Below, in pieces: positions 44,696 to 53,968 of a stretch of DNA of 64,000 nucleotides. Each line of letters opens with the position of its first letter. The first letter of the stretch is position 1. The DNA is from Lachnospiraceae bacterium (GTDB lineage Bacteria; Bacillota; Clostridia; Lachnospirales; Lachnospiraceae). The DNA is taken from positions 5,470-69,469 of the forward strand of contig JAIKWF010000048.1 of NCBI GenBank assembly GCA_024685005.1, read 5' to 3'. The notes below the pieces were generated by a model that saw only the letters and a list, made by a program, of their open reading frames with translations, had not been told where the DNA came from and made no database searches. The translations under genes and the position numbers were made by a program.

Positions 44696-44756
44696 GAAAA
44701 TACGTTCACATGAAAATACGTCCATAGTTTACCCTTTTGCAGAAATGTGATACAAT
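44695..44756 (+). promoter_or_regulatory. 16-bp tandem repeat plus candidate iorA promoter
   Basis: TGAAAATACGTTCACA followed directly by TGAAAATACGTCCATA (44695-44726), then -35 TTTACC (44728-44733), a 17-nt spacer and extended -10 TGaTACAAT (44748-44756). Confidence 0.45.
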
Positions 44757-44817
44757 TAGAAAAGTTGCATCACAGCATACAGATATATTTTTCGAAGCAG
44801 GATAGGAGAACGGAAAC

Positions 44818-46608
44818 ATGAAGGAATTAATGCTTGGTAATAAGGCATTTGCCCGCGGCTTATATGAAGCGGGCTGTTGTTTTGTCTCCAGTTATCCCGG
44901 TACGCCCAGTACCGAGGTGACAGAAGAGGCAGCAAAGTACGATGAGATCTACTGTGAGTGGGCTCCCAACGAGAAGGTTGCCATGGAAGCGGCATTCGGA
45001 GCATCTTTGGCAGGTGTGCGCAGCTACTGCGGCATGAAGCACGTGGGACTGAATGTGGCAGCGGACCCTCTGTACACCATGTCTTATACCGGTGTTAACG
45101 GCGGCGTGATCATCTGCGTAGCGGATGATGCGGGAATGCACTCATCCCAGAATGAGCAGGATTCCAGACATCATGCCATTGCTTCCAAGGTCCCTATGTT
45201 AGAGCCCTCCGATTCGGCGGAAGCGCTGGAATTTGTCAAGACCGGCTATGAACTCAGCGAGCAGTTTGATACCCCGGTGATCATTAAAATGTGTACCAGA
45301 GTATCCCATTCCCAGTCAGTGGTGGAAGTATCAGACCGTGTGGTTCCCGCTAAAAAGGGCTACGAAAAAAATATTCCCAAAAACGTTATGATGCCGGGAA
45401 ATGCCATAAAGCGTCATCCCTTTGTGGAGGAGCGTACCGAAAAGCTTCGCCAGTGGTCTGAGAACGCATCCGTAAACCGCATTGAATGGGCAAAGGACAG
45501 CGCCAGAAACGCTGACGGCAAAACGGTAGGTATCATTACCTGCTCCACCACATATCAATATGTAAAAGAAGCCTTTGGAGAGGCAGTATCCGTTTGCAAG
45601 ATCGGTATGGTAAATCCCCTTCCCAAGGATCTGATCCTGGATTTTGCAAAAAAATGCGATATCCTCATCGTAGCGGAAGAACTGGATCCCATCATTGAGA
45701 ATCATTGCAAGGCATTGGGGCTTAATGTACACGGAAAAGATATTTTGCCCATCTGCGGTGAGTTTTCACAGAACCTCATTGCAAAGGCCCTTTCTCCTTT
45801 TGTATACGGAAAAGAAAGCGACCCTGTAGAGATTGTAAAAGTAGAAGATCAGATCCCCATGCGTCCGCCTGTTATGTGTGCAGGATGCCCTCACAGAGGT
45901 CTGTTCTATACCCTGAGCAAAAATAAATGCACGGTACTTGGCGACATCGGCTGCTATACCTTAGGCGCAGTAGCACCTCTTTCCGCTATGGATATGACCC
46001 TTTGCATGGGCGCATCCATCAGTGCCATCCATGGATTTAACATTGCCGGAGAAGGCGAGCATGAAAACAAGACCGTTGCGGTGATCGGTGATTCCACCTT
46101 TATGCATTCCGGTATGACGGGACTGGCCAACATCGCCTATAACCAGTCTGATTCCACGGTGATCATTCTGGATAACTCCATCACCGGTATGACGGGACAT
46201 CAGCAAAACCCCACCACAGGCTATAACATCAAGGGAGATCCCGCAGGAAAGATCGACCTTGAAGCCCTTTGCAGATCCATGGGCTTTCATCGCGTACGTG
46301 TGGTTGATCCTTATGATCTGAAGGCAACGGATGCGGCCGTAAAAGAAGAACTGGCGGCAAAAGAGCCCTCTGTGATCATTTCCAGAAGACCCTGCGCTTT
46401 GCTGAAATATGTAAAACACAATCCTCCCCTTTGCGTGGATAAGGAAAAATGCGTAGGCTGCAAGTCCTGCATGAAGCTGGGCTGCCCTGCCATCTCCATG
46501 AAAGACGGAAAGGCCCATATCGACGAGACCCTTTGCGTGGGCTGCGGGATCTGTTCCCAGCTTTGCCCCACCGGAGCCTTTGCAGGATGTAAAAAGGAGG
46601 AGGCATAA
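44818..46608 (+). CDS. iorA: indolepyruvate:ferredoxin oxidoreductase, alpha subunit
   Basis: 596 aa. TPP-binding GDSTFMHSG, and two C-terminal ferredoxin motifs (CVGCKSCMKLGCP and CVGCGICSQLCP). Confidence 0.85.
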   Translation: MKELMLGNKAFARGLYEAGCCFVSSYPGTPSTEVTEEAAKYDEIYCEWAPNEKVAMEAAFGASLAGVRSYCGMKHVGLNVAADPLYTMSYTGVNGGVIICVADDAGMHSSQNEQDSRHHAIASKVPMLEPSDSAEALEFVKTGYELSEQFDTPVIIKMCTRVSHSQSVVEVSDRVVPAKKGYEKNIPKNVMMPGNAIKRHPFVEERTEKLRQWSENASVNRIEWAKDSARNADGKTVGIITCSTTYQYVKEAFGEAVSVCKIGMVNPLPKDLILDFAKKCDILIVAEELDPIIENHCKALGLNVHGKDILPICGEFSQNLIAKALSPFVYGKESDPVEIVKVEDQIPMRPPVMCAGCPHRGLFYTLSKNKCTVLGDIGCYTLGAVAPLSAMDMTLCMGASISAIHGFNIAGEGEHENKTVAVIGDSTFMHSGMTGLANIAYNQSDSTVIILDNSITGMTGHQQNPTTGYNIKGDPAGKIDLEALCRSMGFHRVRVVDPYDLKATDAAVKEELAAKEPSVIISRRPCALLKYVKHNPPLCVDKEKCVGCKSCMKLGCPAISMKDGKAHIDETLCVGCGICSQLCPTGAFAGCKKEEA

Positions 46609-46609
46609 G

Positions 46610-47182
46610 ATGGAAACGAAGAATGTAATGATCGTAGGCGTTGGCGGCCAGGGTTCACTTTTGGCCAGCAAACTGTTAGGACGCCTGCTTTTGGATGAAG
46701 GATATGACGTAAAGGTATCTGAAGTACACGGCATGTCGCAAAGGGGCGGCAGCGTTGTGACTTATGTACGATACGGTGAGAGAGTATATTCACCGGTGAT
46801 CGATGAAGGAGAAGCGGATTATATCGTTTCCTTTGAACTGCTTGAGGCGGCAAGATGGCTGCCCTATCTGAAAAAAGGCGGTCAGATCGTAACGAATATC
46901 CAGCAGATCGATCCCATGCCGGTGATCACGGGAGCAATGGAGTATCCGAAGGATCTTGTGGAAAAAATGAAACAGACAGGCGTAAAAGTAGATGCGGTGG
47001 ATTGCCTGGCCCTTGCCAATGAGGCAGGTTCTTCCAAGGCAGTGAACATTGTGCTGATGGGTCGTCTTTCTCATTATTTCGACATGCCGAAGGAAGCGTG
47101 GCAAAAGGCCATGGAAGCCATCGTTCCGCCCAAATTCCTGGAGATGAATAAGAAGGCATTTGCCCTTGGAGAGAACGCCTGA
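46610..47182 (+). CDS. iorB: indolepyruvate:ferredoxin oxidoreductase, beta subunit
   Basis: Start at METKNVMIVGVGGQGS (ATG 46610, RBS AAGGAGGAGG). About 190 aa, a gamma-type POR domain. Confidence 0.85.
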   Translation: METKNVMIVGVGGQGSLLASKLLGRLLLDEGYDVKVSEVHGMSQRGGSVVTYVRYGERVYSPVIDEGEADYIVSFELLEAARWLPYLKKGGQIVTNIQQIDPMPVITGAMEYPKDLVEKMKQTGVKVDAVDCLALANEAGSSKAVNIVLMGRLSHYFDMPKEAWQKAMEAIVPPKFLEMNKKAFALGENA

Positions 47183-47210
47183 GGGCGGCGGTCGGAAAAC
47201 GGAGGAAACA

Positions 47211-48512
47211 ATGGAGCATTATTATCAGAAAGAGATTGAGTGCGCATCCAGAGAGCAGATCCTGGAGATCCAGAACCAAAAGCTGAAAGAGCAGGTTCAG
47301 CACGTATGGGACAACGTTCCCTATTACAGAAAGAAAATGGAAAAGGCAGGGGTATCCCCTTCGGATATCAACTCGGTAGAAGATTTGCATAAGCTGCCTT
47401 TTTTGAGTAAAAAAGACTTAAGAGACGCGTATCCCTACGGCCTTTGCGGAGTGCCCGCAAAGGACTGCGTCAGGATCCATTCCACCTCCGGTACCACCGG
47501 AAAAAGAGTGGTAGCCTTCTATACCCAGGGAGACATCGATCTGTGGGAGGACTGCTGCGCAAGAGCCATTATGGCAGCGGGGGGAACCGCAGATGACGTG
47601 GTACAGGTATCCTACGGATACGGACTTTTTACGGGAGGCGCGGGACTGCACGGCGGCAGCCACAAAGTGGGAAGTCTTACCATCCCCATTTCATCAGGAA
47701 ATACAGAGCGTCAGATCATGTTTATCAGAGATCTTTCCGCCACCATCATCTGTTGTACGCCATCCTATGCGGCATACCTTGCGGAAAGCATGAAGGAGAT
47801 GGGATTAAAGCCGGAGGATATTCCGCTAAAGGCAGGCATCTTCGGAGCCGAAGCATGGAGCGAAGAGATGCGAAAGGATATCGAAAATACCCTTGGCATC
47901 AAAGCCTTTGACATTTACGGTCTGACGGAGCTTTCCGGTCCCGGTGTTGCATTTGAATGCTGTGAGCAAAACGGCATGCATATCAACGAGGATCACTTTA
48001 TTGCAGAGATCATCGATCCGGACACGGAAGAGGTGCTCCCGGAAGGATCCCAGGGAGAGCTGGTATTTACAGCCATCGACAAAAAGGCCTTCCCCATGAT
48101 CCGGTACCGTACAAGGGATATCTGCAAGCTTTCCAGAGAAAAATGCAGCTGCGGAAGAACCTTTGTAAAAATGGCAAAACCCATGGGAAGAAGTGATGAT
48201 ATGCTGATCATCCGCGGCGTCAATGTCTTCCCGTCCCAGATCGAAACCGTGCTTTTGGAGCATGGCTATCAGGCAAATTACCAGATTATAGTCGGCCGTG
48301 TGAACAATACGGATACGCTGGACGTTCATGTGGAGATGACACCTGAGATGTTTACGGATAATGTGATGGATATCACAAAGGCGCAGAACGAGCTTGTGGC
48401 CGGACTGAAATCCATGCTTGGCATCAAGGCAAAGGTTACCCTTGTGGCACCCAAGAGTATTACAAGAAGTGAGGGCAAAGCGGTTCGCGTGATCGATAAC
48501 AGAAAGATCTGA
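47211..48512 (+). CDS. paaK: phenylacetate-CoA ligase family protein
   Basis: Start at MEHYYQKE (ATG 47211, RBS GGAGGA). Motifs HSTSGTTGK, YGLTE and IIRGVNVFPSQIE are typical of PaaK-type adenylate-forming enzymes. Confidence 0.85.
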   Translation: MEHYYQKEIECASREQILEIQNQKLKEQVQHVWDNVPYYRKKMEKAGVSPSDINSVEDLHKLPFLSKKDLRDAYPYGLCGVPAKDCVRIHSTSGTTGKRVVAFYTQGDIDLWEDCCARAIMAAGGTADDVVQVSYGYGLFTGGAGLHGGSHKVGSLTIPISSGNTERQIMFIRDLSATIICCTPSYAAYLAESMKEMGLKPEDIPLKAGIFGAEAWSEEMRKDIENTLGIKAFDIYGLTELSGPGVAFECCEQNGMHINEDHFIAEIIDPDTEEVLPEGSQGELVFTAIDKKAFPMIRYRTRDICKLSREKCSCGRTFVKMAKPMGRSDDMLIIRGVNVFPSQIETVLLEHGYQANYQIIVGRVNNTDTLDVHVEMTPEMFTDNVMDITKAQNELVAGLKSMLGIKAKVTLVAPKSITRSEGKAVRVIDNRKI

Positions 48513-48544
48513 ATACAGAAAAAATGAAATAGGAGGGTTGCACT

Positions 48545-48982
48545 ATGAGCGTGAAGCAGGTTTCTGTTTTTATGGAAAACAAACCCGGAAAAATGTGCGA
48601 AATGACAGATGTTTTAGCCGAGAACAACATCAATATGCGAGGGTTGTCACTGGCAGAAACAGAAGGATTCGGCATTGTGAGGATCATCGTGGACGATGTT
48701 TATGAGACCACTACGATCTTAAAGGATGCCGGCTACATCAATAAGCTGACAAGCGTTGTGATCGCAGAGCTTCCGGATGTACCCGGAGGATTGAATCAGA
48801 TCCTGAAGGTGTTTGCATCGGAAAAGATCAATCTGGAATACATGTATGCCCTTTCTTCGGAGGGCAGCAGCTTTGACAAGGCCTACATGGTCTTTCGGGT
48901 AAGCGATCATAAGGCAGCGGAGGCTGCTCTTACAAGAGCGGGAATAAGAGTTGTTACACAGGAGGACATTTCCTCCCTGTGA
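48545..48982 (+). CDS. ACT domain-containing protein
   Basis: 145 aa with two ACT-like halves (VSVFMENKPGKM and IAELPDVPGGL). This is the usual fourth gene of iorAB-paaK clusters. Confidence 0.75.
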   Translation: MSVKQVSVFMENKPGKMCEMTDVLAENNINMRGLSLAETEGFGIVRIIVDDVYETTTILKDAGYINKLTSVVIAELPDVPGGLNQILKVFASEKINLEYMYALSSEGSSFDKAYMVFRVSDHKAAEAALTRAGIRVVTQEDISSL

Positions 48983-49125
48983 CGGGAAAAAAGCGTGGGA
49001 AACCATGCTTTTTTCTATATGGGTAGATAAAAAAGGGTTGTGTATGACGTGGATATTGCGGGTTGCCGGAAAATCAGCCGGCCGAACTGTTTCGCGATGG
49101 CGCAAAAAGATGTGGGGAATGAAAA

Positions 49126-52100
49126 ATGAACAGAGCATATCAAAGGGAAGACAGGGAAAAGCTTAGGACAAAAAGCAGGCAGGGGGCCGTCGCCAGGCGC
49201 CTTCTTGCGGGCGTGATGATCCTGAGCGTTTTGCTTTTATTAAGGCAGAATACATACGCTGAGGAAACCGCCAAAGAGAGGATCCTGGGAAAAGGAGCAG
49301 ACTTTGCTTCCATTCTGTATGATTCAAGTAACGGTTTGCCGACTTCCGAAGCAAATGCCATTGCACAGACAGGGGACGGCTTCATCTGGCTTGGAGGATA
49401 CAGCGGCCTGGTGCGCTACGACGGAACATCCTTCGATCATTTTGACGCCAGCAGCGGCATATCCTCCGTATTCAGCCTGTATGTGGATGATTCGGACAGA
49501 CTTTGGATCGGTACCAATGAAAACGGCGTGGCCCTTTATGATCATGGCAATATCAAGGTGTTCGGAAGAGCGAAAGAAGAACGTTCTTATTCCATCCGCG
49601 CCATCTGTCAGGATGAAAACGGCAACATCATCGTAGGAACCACCCAGGGCCTTTGCTATGTGGGAAAAGATTTGGAGCTCCACGCCATCAATGATCCCCA
49701 GATCGATCAGGAGTATATCACGGCGCTGATCCGGGATGAAGAAGGCAGGATCGTGGGCCTTACCATGGATGGTGCGGTTTTTAAGATGCAGGATCTTCAC
49801 ATCAACACTTATTATGACCCCGGGAATTTTGGAGCGGACCCTGTCAATACCATCTATGCAAGGACTGATAAAAAAGGGGAATTCTGGGTAGGAACTACAG
49901 AATCCGAGATCATGAGCGTCCAGCTTTCAAAACAGGTGATCATTAAGGAAACCCGGTCGGCAGGAGATCTGAAAAATATTAAAGGCCTGCATCAGGTAGG
50001 AAATTATCTGTGGATCATCGCCACCAACGGCATCGGTTATTATGATGAACAAAAAGAGTGCCGGGTATTTGATGACCTGCCCCTGGATAGCTCCATCGGA
50101 CAGATCATGGAAGATCACGAAGGAAACCTGTGGTTTACATCCACCAGACAAGGCGTTCTGAAGCTGGTGCCTGACCGTTTTACGGATGTTTCCAAACATG
50201 CGGGACTGGAGCATATGGTGGTAAATTCCACGGCTCTTGCAAAGGATATTTTATATCTTGCCACCGATAAAGGACTCATCGCATTAGAAGGGGACGAGCG
50301 TGAACCCTGCGAAAATGCCCTGACAAAAGCCATGTCCGGCGTCAGGATCAGATGTATCTACAAAGATGCAGCCGGCAACCTCTGGCTCTGCACCCATGGA
50401 GACACGGGGCTTGTGGAGTACACCACGGATTCACAGGTGATCATCTACAACAAAGAGTGCGGACTTGATGCGGAAAAAGTAAGAGACGTGATCCAGCTTT
50501 CCGACGGCAGGATGGCAGCGGCAACGGGAGACGGACTTTATATTCTGGAAAACGGAGAAGTTACGGAGCATTACTCCCATTCATCCGGCATCAGCAATAC
50601 GGAGATCCTGTGCGTGACTCAGGCCCAAGACGGCAGGATCCTCATGGGAAGCGACGGCGACGGGATCTATGTACTGGACAAGAAAAAAATATCCCGGATC
50701 TCCTTTGACGACGGCCTTACCAGCGGCGTAGTCATGCGGATCAAATATGATCCGGAAAGAAAACTGTACTGGATCATCACCTCCAATTCCATCGAATATA
50801 TGAAGGGGAATCAGATCACCCAGGTTCAGCAGTTCCCTTATTCCAACAACCTGGATATTTTCTTTGATGAAAACGGAGGCGCATGGGTCCTTTCTTCCAA
50901 CGGTATCTATGTGACAAAGGCAGATGAGCTGGTCAACAATGAAAAGATCGAATACATCTTCTACAATTCCAAGAGTGGTCTGCCCTATGTTACTACCAGC
51001 AACTCCAGAAGTTATCTTTCCGAAGACGGAGAACTGTACATTTCCGGTACCACCGGCGTGTGCATGGTCAATATCAATTCAGACAACGGAAATAACGAGA
51101 ATGTAAAACTGGCGGTACCCAGCGTGGTCATCGATGATGAAGAAATGCCTGTGACAGAGGGCAAAACGGTGTCCATCCCCGCAGGATGCAAAAAACTTCT
51201 CATCAATTGCTATGCCATTACCTACGGTCTGTCCAATCCCAGAGTACGGTTTTATCTGGAAGGCTTTGAAAAAACGCCGGTCAACATGACTAAACAGGAT
51301 CTGGTGCCGGTGGCTTATACCAATCTGGACGGAGGCGATTACACCTTCCACCTGGAAGTCATTGACGATAAAACGGGAAAGACCGCCAAGAGTCTGGAGA
51401 TTCCCATTCACAAAGAAACATCTCCCTATGAAAGCATCTGGTTCTGGATCATATTGCTGTTCTCGGGAGTTGGCATTATCGGCCTTGTGATCTGGGGATA
51501 CTTCAGAAAACGAACCCGGATTCTGGAAGAAGAGCATGAAGAAGATCAAAGATTCATCGACCAGATCATGCATACTTTTGCCAAGTGCGTGGATATGAGA
51601 GATTCCCAGAACAGAGGGCATTCCTTCCGTGTTGCACACTATACAAAGCTGTTGGCGAAAAAGCTTTCCTTTACCAGGGGCTATACCGATGATCAGATAC
51701 ATGAATTCTACAACATTGCCCTTTTGCATGATATCGGAAAACTCTCTATACCGGATGCCATCTTAAATAAACCGGCGCGGCTGAATGACGAAGAGTACGT
51801 GATCATGAAAACCCATGCTGCAAAGGGTGAAGAGATCCTCAAAGGCGTCGGCATTGTGCCCGACCTGGCAGTGGGAGCCGGATGCCATCATGAAAGGATC
51901 GACGGAAGAGGCTATCCCCACGGACTGAAGGATGATGAAATCCCGGAGGTTGCAAGGATCATCGCGGTGGCAGACACCTTTGATGCAATGTATTCCACCA
52001 GACCTTACAGAAAACAGATGCTGCTGGAAGATGTGCTTGCGGAGATTCAGAAGATCAAAGGATCCCAGCTGGATCCCGAGGTGGTGGATGCGCTGATGGC

Positions 52101-52269
52101 ACTTTCCGAAGACGGCGAACTGGACCGGGCCAAAGTAGATAAAGCAGTGGAAGAGATCCCTGCTCTGCTTATGATGCCGACAGGTGATGAGTATTTGAAA
52201 GAAAAAGAAGAACTTGCCAAAAAGAACGAAGCCTTCCAGGACAGTCTGGGATTAAACAAAAAGGAGTAA
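49126..52269 (+). CDS. HD-GYP phosphodiesterase with periplasmic two-component-regulator-propeller / Y_Y_Y sensor region
   Basis: Signal/TM segment, then about 700 aa of repeated beta-propeller blades (LWIGT, LWFTS, LWLCT, YWIITSN) and a TM helix (IWFWIILLFSGVGIIGLVIWGYF). The HD-GYP domain follows (HDIGKLSIP, HHERIDGRGYPHGL). Confidence 0.8.
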   Translation: MNRAYQREDREKLRTKSRQGAVARRLLAGVMILSVLLLLRQNTYAEETAKERILGKGADFASILYDSSNGLPTSEANAIAQTGDGFIWLGGYSGLVRYDGTSFDHFDASSGISSVFSLYVDDSDRLWIGTNENGVALYDHGNIKVFGRAKEERSYSIRAICQDENGNIIVGTTQGLCYVGKDLELHAINDPQIDQEYITALIRDEEGRIVGLTMDGAVFKMQDLHINTYYDPGNFGADPVNTIYARTDKKGEFWVGTTESEIMSVQLSKQVIIKETRSAGDLKNIKGLHQVGNYLWIIATNGIGYYDEQKECRVFDDLPLDSSIGQIMEDHEGNLWFTSTRQGVLKLVPDRFTDVSKHAGLEHMVVNSTALAKDILYLATDKGLIALEGDEREPCENALTKAMSGVRIRCIYKDAAGNLWLCTHGDTGLVEYTTDSQVIIYNKECGLDAEKVRDVIQLSDGRMAAATGDGLYILENGEVTEHYSHSSGISNTEILCVTQAQDGRILMGSDGDGIYVLDKKKISRISFDDGLTSGVVMRIKYDPERKLYWIITSNSIEYMKGNQITQVQQFPYSNNLDIFFDENGGAWVLSSNGIYVTKADELVNNEKIEYIFYNSKSGLPYVTTSNSRSYLSEDGELYISGTTGVCMVNINSDNGNNENVKLAVPSVVIDDEEMPVTEGKTVSIPAGCKKLLINCYAITYGLSNPRVRFYLEGFEKTPVNMTKQDLVPVAYTNLDGGDYTFHLEVIDDKTGKTAKSLEIPIHKETSPYESIWFWIILLFSGVGIIGLVIWGYFRKRTRILEEEHEEDQRFIDQIMHTFAKCVDMRDSQNRGHSFRVAHYTKLLAKKLSFTRGYTDDQIHEFYNIALLHDIGKLSIPDAILNKPARLNDEEYVIMKTHAAKGEEILKGVGIVPDLAVGAGCHHERIDGRGYPHGLKDDEIPEVARIIAVADTFDAMYSTRPYRKQMLLEDVLAEIQKIKGSQLDPEVVDALMALSEDGELDRAKVDKAVEEIPALLMMPTGDEYLKEKEELAKKNEAFQDSLGLNKKE

Positions 52270-52272
52270 GCC

Positions 52273-53739
52273 ATGGCTAACAAAGGGAGGAGTTACAGAA
52301 GAGGAAGCCTGTCAAAGGTGAATCTGAAGAAGGAAGCTTTAAGCCCCATGATCCTGATGATGATCGTGCTCTTGTTTTGCGGCTTTTTGACTTACATCAT
52401 ACCGGCAGGCGAATTTGCCACGGTTACGAAGATAAAGGAAGAGTCAGAAAAAGGAGAGGAGCAGGAATATTCCGTTATCGATCCGGACAGCTTTACCTAT
52501 CTGGAGCGCAAGCCCGTAGGCGCGTTGGATCTTCTGATGTCGCTGTCCCAGGGAATGCAGAGAGGAGCAGACGTCATCTTCTACCTGCTGATCGTGGGCG
52601 GTATGTTTGCCATCCTCAACGGAACCAACGCACTGAATGTGGGAATGGCCAATCTTCTGGTGCGGCTGAAAAAAAGGACCTGGCTGCTGATACCGCTTTT
52701 GATGATCCTATTTGGATGCGGCGCGGCATTTTGCGGCAACTTCGAAGAGTTTCTGGTATTTGTGCCTCTGGTACTGGCCTGCTGCATCACGGCAGGGTAT
52801 GATTCCCTGACAGCTGTGGGGATCATTTTCTGCGCGGCAACAGCCGGCTACGGCGGTGCCGTCACCAATGCCTTCAGTGTGGGAAAAGCCCAGGAGATCG
52901 CAGGTCTGCCTATGTTTTCCGGCATGGACCTTCGGCTGGCTCTTTTTTCCGTACTGCTTACAGTGGCGATTCTTTATATCTGCTTTTATGCTGCCATGAT
53001 CAAAAAGAATCCCCGTCTTTCCGGCGCATTTGCCTATGACAGGGCCTTTAATCAGGATAAACGGCTGAACCTGGCCAAAATCCCGAAGCTGGGGAAAAGA
53101 CAGATTGCTGTGCTTTTGATCTTTGTGGCGGGCATGGCATTTTCCGTATGGGGGATCATAGAAAAAGGATTTTACATTGATGAGCTGTCCGGTATTTTCC
53201 TTGCAGTGGGGATCATCGGCGGACTTGTGGGAGGCCTGAGCTTTAATAAGATCTGTAAATGCTTTGAAAAGGGATGCAAAGACATGCTGCTTCCCGGAAT
53301 ATTGATCGGACTTGCAAATTCCGCGGTTCTGATCTTAGAGAATGCCGACGTAATGGCGAGCATTTTGCATTATCTGATGCGGATCACGGAAAAGTTTCCG
53401 GATGTGCTTTGCGCCTGCGGCATGTTCCTTGCCCATGAGGTATTCAACATCTTCGTGCCTTCCGCATCGGCCCAGGCAAACATTACCATGCCTCTTATGG
53501 TATCCCTTGCGGATAAAATGCAGATCACGAGACAGACGGCGGTTCTGGCTTACCAGCTGGGAGATGCCTTTACCAATATTCTGGTACCTACAGGAGGAGA
53601 GATCCTGGCGGCCCTTGCCATCTGCCGGGTGCCCTACGGAAAGTGGGTAAAATTCCTGCTCCCGCTTTTTATCATCTGGTATGTGGTGGCAATGATGTTT
53701 TTGATGTTTGCAACAAAAACGGGATTCGGGCCAATGTGA
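52273..53739 (+). CDS. YfcC / DcuC-like anaerobic carrier family membrane transporter
   Basis: 488 aa polytopic membrane protein whose layout resembles the YfcC (C4-dicarboxylate-anaerobic-carrier-like) family. Assigned by overall pattern only. Confidence 0.55.
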   Translation: MANKGRSYRRGSLSKVNLKKEALSPMILMMIVLLFCGFLTYIIPAGEFATVTKIKEESEKGEEQEYSVIDPDSFTYLERKPVGALDLLMSLSQGMQRGADVIFYLLIVGGMFAILNGTNALNVGMANLLVRLKKRTWLLIPLLMILFGCGAAFCGNFEEFLVFVPLVLACCITAGYDSLTAVGIIFCAATAGYGGAVTNAFSVGKAQEIAGLPMFSGMDLRLALFSVLLTVAILYICFYAAMIKKNPRLSGAFAYDRAFNQDKRLNLAKIPKLGKRQIAVLLIFVAGMAFSVWGIIEKGFYIDELSGIFLAVGIIGGLVGGLSFNKICKCFEKGCKDMLLPGILIGLANSAVLILENADVMASILHYLMRITEKFPDVLCACGMFLAHEVFNIFVPSASAQANITMPLMVSLADKMQITRQTAVLAYQLGDAFTNILVPTGGEILAALAICRVPYGKWVKFLLPLFIIWYVVAMMFLMFATKTGFGPM

Positions 53740-53911
53740 GAATGACGATGCGCGTCGGAAGTCGGGATGTACTTAAAGTATTGAGTCTGGACGGGTAAGG
53801 GACGTAAGAAGGAGCATAGAAGGACAAAGAGTGCAAAGATAAGAGGGCAGTGTTGTCGCCGGAAAGCCAAAGATAAGTGACAAAGAAGCCGCAGAGAAAG
53901 AATAAGAAGAC

Positions 53912-53947
53912 ACAAAAAAGCCGCACGCGGGACTCCGCGTGCGGCTT
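53912..53947 (-). terminator. rho-independent terminator of degV
   Basis: Arms AAGCCGCACGCGG and CCGCGTGCGGCTT (53919-53947). On the minus strand they are followed by TTTTTTGTG. Confidence 0.7.
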
Positions 53948-53968
53948 AATGTGATACAAGATCACAGA

